Program-made: the position numbers and the translations under genes
Shown: piece by piece, positions 32,952-43,608 of the stretch
Layout: the number at the start of each line of letters is the position of its first letter
How positions within the stretch are numbered: position 1 is the first letter of the stretch
From: an uncultured Treponemataceae bacterium
Lineage (GTDB): Bacteria > Spirochaetota > Spirochaetia > Treponematales > UBA12059
Direction: 5' to 3'
DNA length: 64,000 nt
Assembly (NCBI GenBank): GCA_964482955.1
Contig: CAYZZW010000004.1
Span: 5,653 to 69,652 of the forward strand
Notes under the pieces: model-generated
Told to the model about the DNA's origin: nothing
What the model saw: the letters and a program-made list of their open reading frames with translations, nothing else
Database searches by the model: none

Positions 32952-33928
32952 GGCTGCCCCCTTTTCGCGCCCGTGGCGGGGCGTTCGAGTTCGGCCTCGG
33001 CTTGCGCGTCGGCGTCCGCCTTTTCGGCGATGGCCTTCATCTGCGCCATGTGCCTGCGCGCCGCGAAGTGCTTGCGGATCGAATTCGGCGTGAGCTCGAA
33101 GCCGCCCATGAGGCCCTTCGGCCTCGAGATCATCACGATGATGACCGCGACGCCGTAGAACACGAGGCGCCAGAGGTCGAAGATCCGGAGCATTTCCGGC
33201 AGGAAGGTCAGGAACACCGCCGCGATCACCGAGCCGGAGATGGAGCCCATGCCGCCGAGGATGACCATGATCGTCAGCTCCGTGGACTTCGTCATGTTGA
33301 AGATCTTGGGCTGGATGAAGGTCAGGTAGTTGCCCAGCATGAAGCCCGCGATGCCGGCGTACACCGCGCTCACGACGAGCGCGATCATCTTGTACTTGAA
33401 GACGTTGACGCCGGATACCTGCGCGGCCAGCTCCTCCTCGCGGACGGCGATCATGTTGCGGCCGTGGCGCGAGCGCACGAGGTTGGCCAGGAACAGCACC
33501 GCGATCACGTCGATCGCGAGGATGATCCAGATGTCGTAGGCGTGCTTGGTCTGGCCGAGCGGCCAGCCGCGCGAACCGCCGAAGCGCTGCACGTTGTTGA
33601 AGATCAGGCGGATGGCCTCGCCGAAGCCGAGCGTGGCGATGCAGAAGTAGTCGCCCTTGAGGTTGAGCGAGATGCGCCCGATGAACCAGCTCACGATGCC
33701 GGCCGCCGCGCCGCCCGCGGCGATGCCGAGGACGTAGTGGAGGCCGAAGCCGGCCGGCGACATGGTCGGCGACACGGTGACGAGCGCGCCGACGTACGCG
33801 CCGATGGCCATGAAGCCCGCGTGTCCGAAGGAAAAGAGCCCGGTGAACCCGGTGAGGAGGCTCAACCCGAGGACCGCGATCAGGTTGATGCCGGAGAGCA
33901 TGATGATGCCCTGGTAGTATGCGTCCAT
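32948..33928 (-). CDS. livM: Branched-chain amino acid ABC transporter permease
   Basis: 326-aa polytopic protein containing [22 protein letters not shown], typical of LivM. It sits within the liv gene order. Confidence 0.85.
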   Translation of the reverse strand: MDAYYQGIIMLSGINLIAVLGLSLLTGFTGLFSFGHAGFMAIGAYVGALVTVSPTMSPAGFGLHYVLGIAAGGAAAGIVSWFIGRISLNLKGDYFCIATLGFGEAIRLIFNNVQRFGGSRGWPLGQTKHAYDIWIILAIDVIAVLFLANLVRSRHGRNMIAVREEELAAQVSGVNVFKYKMIALVVSAVYAGIAGFMLGNYLTFIQPKIFNMTKSTELTIMVILGGMGSISGSVIAAVFLTFLPEMLRIFDLWRLVFYGVAVIIVMISRPKGLMGGFELTPNSIRKHFAARRHMAQMKAIAEKADADAQAEAELERPATGAKRGQP

Positions 33929-33938
33929 AGCCTCTCTC

Positions 33939-34817
33939 CTACGCCTTGTCCTCGGTCACTTTGCCCATCAGCCCGGACGGCCTGAAGATCAGGACGCCGA
34001 TCAGGATGGCGAAGGACAGGAGGTCCCGGTACTGCGACGAGAAGTAGCCGGACACGAGGGTTTCGATCACGCCGAGGATGACGGATCCCAACACCGCGCC
34101 GGGCAGGCTGCCGAGGCCGCCGAACACCGCCGCGATGAACGATTTCGTGGTGATATTGCCGATCTGCGGGTACACCGTGTATTTCATCCCGAAGAACACC
34201 CCGGCCACGCCGGCCAGGAATCCGCCGAGGGCGAAGACCACGATGACGATGAGGTCGGTGTTGATGCCCATGAGGGCGCTGGCTTTCATGTTGTAGGCCG
34301 ACGCCTGGATGGCCTTGCCCATCTTCGTCTTGTCGATGAAGAGGACGAGCGCCGTCAGGCAGACCGCCGAGACCGCGAACATGAGCAGGTCGAGCTGGCC
34401 GATGGACACCGGGCCGAGCGGGACCTGGACGCGCGATACGATGTCCGGATAGGTCTTGAACGTCGGGCCGATCGTCGCGATGACGAAGTTCTCGATGAAC
34501 ATCGAGGCGCCCATCGCGGAGATGATGAAATAGAGGAAGGGGGCGCGCCGCTCGCGGAGCGGCTTGTAGGCCACGCGCTCGACGAGGACGGCCACGAGCG
34601 CCGTGCCGAGCGAGGCGACCGCGAAGGCCACGCCGAAGGGCAGCTTGAACGCCGTGAGGGCGTAGAACCCGAAGTACGCGCCGAGCATGATGACGCCGCC
34701 GTGCGCGAAGTTCGAGAAGTTCATGATGCTGTACACGAGCGAATAACCGACCGCCATCAGCGCGTATACGGAGCCGATGGAAAGGCCATTGATCAGCTGT
34801 TGCAGGAATTGGGTCAT
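33939..34817 (-). CDS. livH: Branched-chain amino acid ABC transporter permease
   Basis: 292 aa. The product starts MTQFLQQLINGLSIGSVYALMAVGYSLVYS and contains INFAHG-like NFSNFAHGGVIMLGAY, typical of LivH. Confidence 0.85.
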   Translation of the reverse strand: MTQFLQQLINGLSIGSVYALMAVGYSLVYSIMNFSNFAHGGVIMLGAYFGFYALTAFKLPFGVAFAVASLGTALVAVLVERVAYKPLRERRAPFLYFIISAMGASMFIENFVIATIGPTFKTYPDIVSRVQVPLGPVSIGQLDLLMFAVSAVCLTALVLFIDKTKMGKAIQASAYNMKASALMGINTDLIVIVVFALGGFLAGVAGVFFGMKYTVYPQIGNITTKSFIAAVFGGLGSLPGAVLGSVILGVIETLVSGYFSSQYRDLLSFAILIGVLIFRPSGLMGKVTEDKA

Positions 34818-34886
34818 GATATCCCCGATCGTCTGGATTGGGACGGACGAGGGTCCGCGAACGGAACCGTCGGATCCCCGTGACCG

Positions 34887-34927
34887 AAAAAAAAGCCGGC
34901 CCCTTCGGGCTACCCGCGGGGGCCGGC
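34887..34927 (-). terminator. Intra-operon Rho-independent terminator/attenuator between the binding-protein gene and livH
   Basis: The reverse strand reads GCCGGCCCC-...-GGGGCCGGC followed by T8. It lies 17 nt after the substrate-binding-protein stop codon and ~70 nt before livH. Confidence 0.6.
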
Positions 34928-34943
34928 GTGTCGCCTGTCGGGC

Positions 34944-36104
34944 TTAGTTGCCCGGGGCGTAGCTCTGCTGGAACACGTACTTGCCGCCCACGACCTTGAG
35001 GATCGCGCCGTCCTTGCCTTCCGGATTGTGGGTCTCGGCGCTGATGCGGATGCGGCCCGTGATGCCCTGGATGTCCGTGGTCTCGAACGCCTTGGCGAGG
35101 GCTTCGCCGTCGACCTTGCCGGCCCTCTGGAGGCCGTCGACGAGCATGAGCACCGCGTCGTGGACGAGGAAGCCGTTGAGCTCGGTTTCCTTGCCGTACT
35201 TGGTCCGATAGCGGGCCTTGTAGTCCTGGACGGTCGGCTGGTCGTAGTCGAGGTGGTTCACGAAGTAACCGCCTTCGACCGCGGCGCCGCCCATGCTGAT
35301 GAGCTGGTCCGAGGGCCAGCCGTCGCCGCCCATGAGCACGGCGTCGATGCCGAGGTCGCGGGCCTGTTTGGCGGAGAGCGCCACTTCCTTGAAGAAGTAG
35401 GGCATGAAGATGATCTGGGGCTTCGCGGCCTTGATCTTGGAGAGCTGGGCGCGGAACTCGACCTCGCCGCCCTGGAAGCCTTCCTTGGCGACGATGGTGC
35501 CGCCCTTGGCGACGAAGGACTTCTCGAAGAACTCGGTGAGTCCCTGGGAGTAGTCGTCGGCGACGTCGTAGAGCACGGCGGCCTTGGTGAACTTGAGCAC
35601 GTCGTAGGCGTAACCGGCGGCGACGGCGCCCTGGTACGGGTCGATGAAGCAGACGCGGAAGTTGTACGGCTTCACCTTGCCGTCCATCACGGTGACCTTC
35701 GGGTTCGTGGCCACGGTGGCGATGTCGGGCACCTTGCCCTGCTCGAGCACGGACGCGATGGGGATGGCGTTGCCGGAGGCGTTCGGGCCGAGGATGCACA
35801 CCACCTTGTCCTGGGAGATCAGGCGGTTGGTGACGTTGACGGCTTCCTGGGCGTCGCCCTTGTTGTCGTAGCCGATGACTTCGAGGGTGTACTTCTTGCC
35901 ACCGACTTCGATGCCGCCCTTGGCGTTGTACTCTTCGAAGAGCATCTTGACGGTGTTGAGCTCGTTTTCGCCCCACACGGCCTGGTCGCCGGTGAGGGCT
36001 CCGAACCAACCCACCTTGATGACGTTGGACTTCGCCGAACCCGGGCAACCCATGAGCATGAGGCCGGTGGCGAGCAGCGCGAGAATCAGCGCAGCTTTCT
36101 TCAT
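34944..36104 (-). CDS. Branched-chain amino acid ABC transporter substrate-binding lipoprotein (LivJ/K type)
   Basis: 386 aa. The signal MKKAALILALLATGLMLMGC includes a lipobox. The type I periplasmic-binding fold sequence begins IKVGWFGALTGDQAVWG. The RBS is AGGAGG. Confidence 0.85.
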   Translation of the reverse strand: MKKAALILALLATGLMLMGCPGSAKSNVIKVGWFGALTGDQAVWGENELNTVKMLFEEYNAKGGIEVGGKKYTLEVIGYDNKGDAQEAVNVTNRLISQDKVVCILGPNASGNAIPIASVLEQGKVPDIATVATNPKVTVMDGKVKPYNFRVCFIDPYQGAVAAGYAYDVLKFTKAAVLYDVADDYSQGLTEFFEKSFVAKGGTIVAKEGFQGGEVEFRAQLSKIKAAKPQIIFMPYFFKEVALSAKQARDLGIDAVLMGGDGWPSDQLISMGGAAVEGGYFVNHLDYDQPTVQDYKARYRTKYGKETELNGFLVHDAVLMLVDGLQRAGKVDGEALAKAFETTDIQGITGRIRISAETHNPEGKDGAILKVVGGKYVFQQSYAPGN

Positions 36105-36140
36105 ACTGATCTACCTCCTGGAGGGATTTTACTCGGGATG

Positions 36141-36169
36141 AGTATAGTCTTGACCGCGTGATCACGCAA
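36141..36169 (-). promoter_or_regulatory. Candidate sigma-70-type promoter of the liv operon, overlapped by a 12-bp palindrome
   Basis: The reverse strand reads TTGCGT (36169-36164)-N17-TATACT (36146-36141), ~37 nt upstream of ATG 36104. The perfect palindrome GCGTGATCACGC (36156-36167) overlaps the -35 and spacer. Confidence 0.45.
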
Positions 36170-36252
36170 TGAGAATACGACGATTTCTTATCGATTGTGA
36201 CGGGCTCGACGACGTACACCCTTTGGCGTATTCGCGCGCCCGCCCGGAAGGA

Positions 36253-36762
36253 TTACGGTTCGACGACGGCGGGAAAGGCGCGCTCGGGGGGCGCGGAACG
36301 CGAGAAGAACAGGAAGCGGTCGGCGAAGCGCGCGACGAAGGCTTCGCGTCCGGAAAAACCGTCCGGAAAGGAAAAGAACAGGAGGCGATCCGAAAGCCGC
36401 GCGGCCAGGACGCCCGTCGCCGGATCTTCGTAGAGTTCGGCGCCCGGCGCGAACGCGAGCGCTCGCGACGCCGAGCGCTTCCATGTTTCGGGCGGCGCCA
36501 CGAAGGCGGTCGCGAGCCGGACCCGGATCCGCGCGGGCTCCGCGTCGTATTCCCGCGTCCGGGGATAGTCGCGCCAGCGGATCCATGCGGCGTGGTCGGC
36601 GTAGTCCGCGGCGACGCAGGGCACCGCGTCGAGGCCGGGCACGGGCAGGCCCCGGGCGGCCGCCGGCCCGGACAGGAGGGCGTAGCGGACGGCCGGGGCA
36701 GACCCGGCGGGTGCCGGGAAAAACGCGGCCAGCGCGAGGGCCGCCGCCGCGACGGCGGTCAT
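36253..36762 (-). CDS. Secreted hypothetical protein
   Basis: Track ORF 36253-36885; the preferred start is ATG 36762, giving MTAVAAAALALAAFFPAPAGSAPA (signal peptide). The longer form would leave only 24 bp to the divergent hutH. Confidence 0.45.
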   Translation of the reverse strand: MTAVAAAALALAAFFPAPAGSAPAVRYALLSGPAAARGLPVPGLDAVPCVAADYADHAAWIRWRDYPRTREYDAEPARIRVRLATAFVAPPETWKRSASRALAFAPGAELYEDPATGVLAARLSDRLLFFSFPDGFSGREAFVARFADRFLFFSRSAPPERAFPAVVEP

Positions 36763-36909
36763 CCGGCGCGTCGTCGATCCGACCGCCGCGGCCGCGGTTT
36801 CTATCGGCCGGAACGCCGCGCGGAATATCGCCCGGACGCGTTCCAAAAACGCGGCGAATCGTAGTAGACTGTCGTCGTTATTCAATCACGACCCCGGAGA
36901 GGAACACCC

Positions 36910-38454
<1,545 letters not shown>

Positions 38455-38534
38455 GCCATTCGCGGCTTCGGCTCCGTGGTTGCCTTCCATGCGGTTGGTC
38501 GATTTCATCGGTGGTCGGTTTCGTCGGAGGTGAC

Positions 38535-38954
38535 ATGCGCGCGTCCCTGTATCTCTACGAACCCCGCGGCGACTGCGTCCTCTGCGGTCGCCATGCGGAC
38601 CGCGTCGTCCGGTACTCGTGCGACGACTGCGATCTCGACGATCCGGTCGTGGACGTGCCGATGCACCGCGCGTGCGGTCCGCGCGCCGGCTTTGCCACCG
38701 CCGCGGCCGGGGCGTTCGCGGGTGCGGCGCTGTGGGCCGCCCTCGTAACCGCGGAACTCATCGTCGCGAACCTCGGGCGCTTCGCCGCGCGCGATTCGTT
38801 CGCGGCCCTGTTCGCGCGGCTGCCCGGCTGGCTCGTCGCGATCGACGGCGTCATCGCCTTGCTTGCCGGGCTCGTCGCGGCCGCCCGCTCGCACGCCGCC
38901 TGCCGCGACAGGATCAACCGCGCCATACGCCTGAAAAGCTACCCGGTGGATTGA
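38535..38954 (+). CDS. Hypothetical membrane protein with N-terminal 4-Cys zinc-ribbon-like motif
   Basis: This is the tail of shadow ORF 36483-38954. ATG 38535 follows GGAGGTG. The product starts MRASLYLYEPRGDCVLCGRHADRVVRYSCDDCD (C-x2-C-x11-C-x2-C). Two hydrophobic segments follow. Confidence 0.45.
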   Translation: MRASLYLYEPRGDCVLCGRHADRVVRYSCDDCDLDDPVVDVPMHRACGPRAGFATAAAGAFAGAALWAALVTAELIVANLGRFAARDSFAALFARLPGWLVAIDGVIALLAGLVAAARSHAACRDRINRAIRLKSYPVD

Positions 38955-39009
38955 GCCGAAACTGCTTCGGGTTCGCCGTTGCCTTCCTCGCGGTGGGTTC
39001 TCTTCATTC

Positions 39010-42000
39010 TCAGTTGCTCCAGCCGGCGGCGCGGAGGGTTTTCTCGACGGCGGCGAGGGCGCGGCGGTGTTCCGGGCCGAGGGGCGCGTTCGCCAGGGCG
39101 TCGAGCCAGTCGATCAGGCGTACGGCGAGGACGGGGTCGGCGAGCGCGTCCGGATCGAACGGCGTGCCGGCGACGAGGACGACGAAGCGCGGCTCGGCGC
39201 GGAGCGAGGCGAACTCGTCGTCTCCGAAGAGTTCGGCGGCGCGTTCCTCCGAAGCTCCCTGGACCTTCACGTAGCGTTCGAGGTCATCCAACGCGCCTTC
39301 CTCGTCCCCGAGGAGCGCGCGGACGCAGGCGCGCTCGTACAGGACCTGCTCGTCGTCGGCGTTCGCGCCGGCCGCGGCGTCGAGTTTTTCGAGGGCCGCG
39401 CGGAGTTCGCCGCGGACGTTGTGGAGGAGCCAGCCGTGCAGGAAGAGGAGGCCGGGGTCGGCATCGATGCCGATGCCCGCGCTTTCAAGGAGCGCGAGGG
39501 CTGCCGCCTTGTTTCCCGAGTCCATCGCCGCTTGGACGCGCTCCGCGAGATCGTTCCCTGTTTCGGATTCATCCGGTGGCGGCACGGGCGCGGGCGAGTC
39601 TCCGAACATGCCTGACAGATAGCTCCCGTCGTCGGTCGTATCCTCAACTTCGACGGCGTCGCGCGCGGGCGGCACGAAAGGCGCCCGACCGAGGAACGAG
39701 GCGAATTCGGGAGCGGCGAGGGCGTCGTCGCCGGAGACGCCGGGGTCGCGCGGGTCGGCGAAATCGAGGAAGGCTTCGTAGTCTTCCGCCGCGTCCTCGA
39801 AGGAGCCGAGCGAGGCGCGGAGCTTCGCGCGCTCGAGCCGGAGCGAACGGTCGTGTGGGTCGAGTCCGACGGCCCCGTCGAGCGCGGCGAGCCGCGCGTC
39901 GGTGACGCCGTCGTTTCTGGAGAGCAAGCCTTCGTAACAGCGAAACTCGAGCGCGCTCCGGAGCGGCCTCCGCGCGCGAACCGTCTCGAAGAGCGCGAGC
40001 CCTCGGCGGGCTCCGGCATCGTCCAGGCCGTCGAGGACGTCGAGGCCGATGAGCCACGCGTCGCCCGCCGCGAGGAGCCCCACGAGCGCCTCCGAGACCG
40101 GCCGCAGGCGCTGGGGCAACCGGACCGCGTCCGCGAGCGTCGCCTCTTGCCAGCAGGACGTTTCGTACGCTTCGAGACTCCGCGCGGCGCCGTCGACGTC
40201 GCCCAGGCGGAAACGCGCCAGGGCTTCGTAGAACGGGGCGTTCGGCGGGTAAAACCCGCGCTCCCGCGCCCGCCCGACGAGCTCGAGCCCGCGTGCGGGC
40301 TCGGCGCGGTCGGCGATGGCGGCGAGCCCCAGATGGAACACGAGTTCGGGGAGCGGTAGTTCGAAGCGGGACGCGGCCCACTCGAGGAGCTTCGTCGGGG
40401 CGTCGAGCTCGAGTCGCCAGCAGGTTTCGTCCGTGCGGTCGACGAGGCCGAGCAGGCACGACCAAGCTTCGGCGCGCGGCGAACCGGAGGCCAGTTCGCT
40501 CACGATGAACTTCGTCTTCTCGACGACGCCCGATTCGCGTGTCAGCGTTTTTCCGTCCTGCCCCGAAGCCGGGAGGCCGTCGTAGGCGTCGCGGTAACGT
40601 TCGGCCTTGAGCTTGGCTAGGAGCAGGAGCGCGGGCGACAGCGACGGATCGAGGGCACGGGCGCGCTCGAGGAGGGCGCTGACACGCGCTTCGGCGTCTT
40701 TCGGGACGGAGGGCCGACGCTTGGGAGCGAAGATGTCGTCCGAGTCGTCCGCCGCGCCCGCCGCGAAGAGGCGCTCGAACTCGGCCTTGGCGCGCGCGAG
40801 CCAGTACCGCGATGTCGCCTTCGCGTCGGCTTCGAGGCGCTTGGCGATCTCGGCCGCGGAGCCGTGGAACGCCTCCCGGGGCGGCTGCGGCTGGTTCGTT
40901 CCGGCGGGCCATTCGACGCGGATCCGGAAGCTCGTAATGGGATCGGCCGCGTCCGGAATGATCGCTTCTCCAGTGCGGCTGACGGTCACCGTGCCGTCGT
41001 CTTCGAGACGCGCGCCGACCGGGAACGGCGCGTGCCACTCGGTCAGCGTCGCGCGCGTGTCCGGGTCGATCAGCGCGAAGCCGCAGGGCTTTTCTTCGAG
41101 CAGGCAGTGGAGCGGCCGCACCGTGCCCGGGGCGTAGCCGAGCGCTTCCAGGAAAACGGCGGGCGCCGTCGTGACGGGCCACGACGCGATCTCGGCGCCT
41201 TCCGCCCCGATGAGCTCGACCGTGCCGCCGCCGGGGGCGTCGGAGGCGAAGCTTCGACGGAGCGTGAAGGAAGTTTCCGATCCGATGAGCGTTTCCGCCG
41301 GTTTGCGCGGAAGATCCTCGGACGCGACGACGGAGCGTAACAAGCGAGGACGCTCGAGGATGAACAGGATACCGTCCGACTGCATGACGCGGCTCATCGG
41401 CAGGTCGTAGGTGTCGAGTTCCGCGGCCAGGGCCGCGTCGGTTTCCGATACGACGAAGGTCTGGGGGTCGACGCGAACCCAGCGGCCTGCCAGTCCGGAA
41501 TCGGTGCCCTCGTAGTCGCCGAGGACGCCGAAGTTGAGATATGCCATTCCGTCCCGCGCGACCGACGCGTTGACGTAAAAGTCGGGCAGGGGACGCCCGT
41601 CGCCCTCGACGCTCGGCGGGCGCGGAGCGGCGACGGGGCGGGCTCCCGGGAATTCGAGCGCGATGAACGCGTCAGCGTCGGACCAGCCGAGGACGCGGTT
41701 TCCCCCGAGCGGCAGGAGCTGCGTCGGCGAGCCGTCCATGTGGACGGACTCGAGTTGCGTCCCGTCTTTCGCGTAGCGGACGAGGAGCCGCGTCCGCTCG
41801 GCGCTGCGTCCCGTCCCGCGCACCGGATTCCACTGGTACATGCGCGCGACGACGGCGAGGATCGATCCGGATTCCGGAAGCCACGCCGCGTCGAGGAAGG
41901 CGTGCCAGCCATCGGGCGGCCTGATGACCGGCCCCGCGCCGTCCGCGTCGACGAGCGCGATCCCGAGGCTGCCGAACGCGACGAGTCGGTCAGCCCCCGC

Positions 42001-42510
42001 GGGGCGGAGCGACGACAGCTCGAAGCGCGCGCCGAGTTTCGCGCCGAAGACGGGCAGGCCGTGCGCGGCGTCGTGGACGAGGACGTTCCCTTCGTCGTCG
42101 GCGAGCGCGACGCAGTCGGGCGCCCCGGCCCACGAACAGCGCGGGCAGACCGCCGCGACGGTTCCCGACGGGGCTTCGAACACGGAGCGGACGCCTGCGG
42201 GGAGGGCGATCGACGTTTCCGAGCGGCAGAGCGGCCAATCGGCGCGGTGCTCGGTCAGCCAACGCGTCGCCTCCGCGCGGATCGTTTCCTCGGGCGCGTC
42301 GAGCGCCAGCTGGAGGAAGACGCGCGCGACGGGCCAGTCGGCGTTTGCGCGCGCGAGGACCGCGTGGTTCCGGCGGAAAAAACCGAGCCACGGCGAGGGA
42401 GGAACGCCCGTTTCCGCGTCGCGGCGGAGTCGTTCTACGAGGGGCGCGAGACCGCCTCGCTCGAGACGCGCGGCGATGGCGGAAAAGGTCAGGGTATCCG
42501 GTTCGGTCAT
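39010..42510 (-). CDS. Large cytoplasmic hypothetical protein with C-terminal TPR-like helical repeats
   Basis: The 1166-aa ORF has a coherent amino-acid composition and no signal peptide. The N-terminal ~600 aa look beta-rich. The C-terminal ~500 aa are helical, with TPR-like pairs such as LGDVDGAARSLEAY and LGDEEGALDDLERYV. Confidence 0.65.
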   Translation of the reverse strand: MTEPDTLTFSAIAARLERGGLAPLVERLRRDAETGVPPSPWLGFFRRNHAVLARANADWPVARVFLQLALDAPEETIRAEATRWLTEHRADWPLCRSETSIALPAGVRSVFEAPSGTVAAVCPRCSWAGAPDCVALADDEGNVLVHDAAHGLPVFGAKLGARFELSSLRPAGADRLVAFGSLGIALVDADGAGPVIRPPDGWHAFLDAAWLPESGSILAVVARMYQWNPVRGTGRSAERTRLLVRYAKDGTQLESVHMDGSPTQLLPLGGNRVLGWSDADAFIALEFPGARPVAAPRPPSVEGDGRPLPDFYVNASVARDGMAYLNFGVLGDYEGTDSGLAGRWVRVDPQTFVVSETDAALAAELDTYDLPMSRVMQSDGILFILERPRLLRSVVASEDLPRKPAETLIGSETSFTLRRSFASDAPGGGTVELIGAEGAEIASWPVTTAPAVFLEALGYAPGTVRPLHCLLEEKPCGFALIDPDTRATLTEWHAPFPVGARLEDDGTVTVSRTGEAIIPDAADPITSFRIRVEWPAGTNQPQPPREAFHGSAAEIAKRLEADAKATSRYWLARAKAEFERLFAAGAADDSDDIFAPKRRPSVPKDAEARVSALLERARALDPSLSPALLLLAKLKAERYRDAYDGLPASGQDGKTLTRESGVVEKTKFIVSELASGSPRAEAWSCLLGLVDRTDETCWRLELDAPTKLLEWAASRFELPLPELVFHLGLAAIADRAEPARGLELVGRARERGFYPPNAPFYEALARFRLGDVDGAARSLEAYETSCWQEATLADAVRLPQRLRPVSEALVGLLAAGDAWLIGLDVLDGLDDAGARRGLALFETVRARRPLRSALEFRCYEGLLSRNDGVTDARLAALDGAVGLDPHDRSLRLERAKLRASLGSFEDAAEDYEAFLDFADPRDPGVSGDDALAAPEFASFLGRAPFVPPARDAVEVEDTTDDGSYLSGMFGDSPAPVPPPDESETGNDLAERVQAAMDSGNKAAALALLESAGIGIDADPGLLFLHGWLLHNVRGELRAALEKLDAAAGANADDEQVLYERACVRALLGDEEGALDDLERYVKVQGASEERAAELFGDDEFASLRAEPRFVVLVAGTPFDPDALADPVLAVRLIDWLDALANAPLGPEHRRALAAVEKTLRAAGWSN

Positions 42511-42589
42511 GGCGTTGTCCTGTGGCGCCGGGTCGACGGACGGGACGGTCGACGATCGCGCGCCGGAACGGCTTTGGAAGGGAGAGCGC

Positions 42590-42626
42590 GAGAGGGGAAC
42601 CTTTCGGCTTGAAAGGTTCCCCTCTC
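42590..42626 (-). terminator. Strong 16-bp hairpin between the FecR-like gene and the 1166-aa gene
   Basis: GAGAGGGGAACCTTTC-ggctt-GAAAGGTTCCCCTCTC has a perfect 16-bp stem and no U-tract. It lies 29 nt after the FecR-like stop codon. Confidence 0.45.
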
Positions 42627-42654
42627 GTTCGGGGTCACGCGCGGGGAAAGGGGA

Positions 42655-43608
42655 TCACAGGTAGCCGTCGAGGGAGATGCCCGCGGCTTTCAGGATGGCC
42701 AGGTAGGTCAGGCGGAATTCGTAGTCGGCGTACGCGGCCGCGCGCGCCATGGTCCGGTCGAACTCGGTGGCGTTCGCGCCGACGCGGGTCTTCGCCTCGT
42801 CCTCGACGTACGCGACGTCGTCGGCCGTGCGGACCACGAAGCCCGTGCCCCAGGACCGCTCGCTGCCGTCCTCGAGGACGAAGGTGAAGCGGACGATGTA
42901 GGGCTCGCCGGCCTCGTACGCGAAGCTCCGGAACTCGAAGCGCCAGGCCCCGTCGCGCTTCTCGAGCTCCACGGCCTTCGTCGAGCGCGGCTCCATCGCG
43001 GCGTCGAGGAGCTCGGCCTTGACGGCCTTCGGCGCGACGTCCTTTTCGAAGCGGTAGCGGAGCGGGTCGAGGGCGTAGGTCTCGTTCGAGGGGGCGTCCG
43101 CGCCGAAGACGATCGCGAGTCCCCGGTCGATGTCGGCCGCCACGAGGCCGCCGAGGTTGCCGTAGTTCTTCGGCACGCCGTAATCCTCGGTGGGGACGCG
43201 GATGAACCAGTCGAGGACCTTTTCGCCGCCCTTCGTGCCGCGGGTGCCGCTCGTGAGCGGCTGGCCGCCGATGCCGGCCAGGATGCGGTCGGTCTGGTCG
43301 CGCGGGAGCGGCTTCACGCTCGCGGCGGTGAAGGTGACCGGGAAGCGGGTGAAGGTCACGAGGCCTTCCGCCGCCATGTAGATCTGGACCATGCCCGCCT
43401 TCGAGCCGGCGGCGAGCGCGAGCACCGAATTCTTGTAGAGCAGCGTGCCCGGCGCGGCGCCGAGGTCGGCGATGCCCTGCTGCTTGACGATGACGCCCGG
43501 CTTCGCCGACATGACGATGCCGACCGGCTCGGTCTGCGCCGCGAGGCTGCCGACCGTCACCAGGGCCGCGACGAGGGCGGCGGCGAGCGTGTTCGCGTTC
43601 CGTTTCAT
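42655..43608 (-). CDS. Secreted FecR-like domain protein
   Basis: 317 aa with the signal peptide MKRNANTLAAALVAALVTVGSLAAQ. The N-terminal ~90 aa (GIVMSAKPGVIVKQQG...LLYKNSVLALAAGSKAGMVQIYM...GLVTFTRF) resemble the FecR beta-sandwich pattern. The ATG overlaps the CHASE2 gene stop codon (ATGA). Confidence 0.45.
   Translation of the reverse strand: MKRNANTLAAALVAALVTVGSLAAQTEPVGIVMSAKPGVIVKQQGIADLGAAPGTLLYKNSVLALAAGSKAGMVQIYMAAEGLVTFTRFPVTFTAASVKPLPRDQTDRILAGIGGQPLTSGTRGTKGGEKVLDWFIRVPTEDYGVPKNYGNLGGLVAADIDRGLAIVFGADAPSNETYALDPLRYRFEKDVAPKAVKAELLDAAMEPRSTKAVELEKRDGAWRFEFRSFAYEAGEPYIVRFTFVLEDGSERSWGTGFVVRTADDVAYVEDEAKTRVGANATEFDRTMARAAAYADYEFRLTYLAILKAAGISLDGYL

Noticed and set aside
36763-36885. 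Longer start (ATG 36885) for the secreted hypothetical protein
   Set aside because: It would leave only 24 bp for two divergent promoters with hutH, and it places 41 non-hydrophobic residues before an otherwise typical signal peptide. It is retained only as an alternative.
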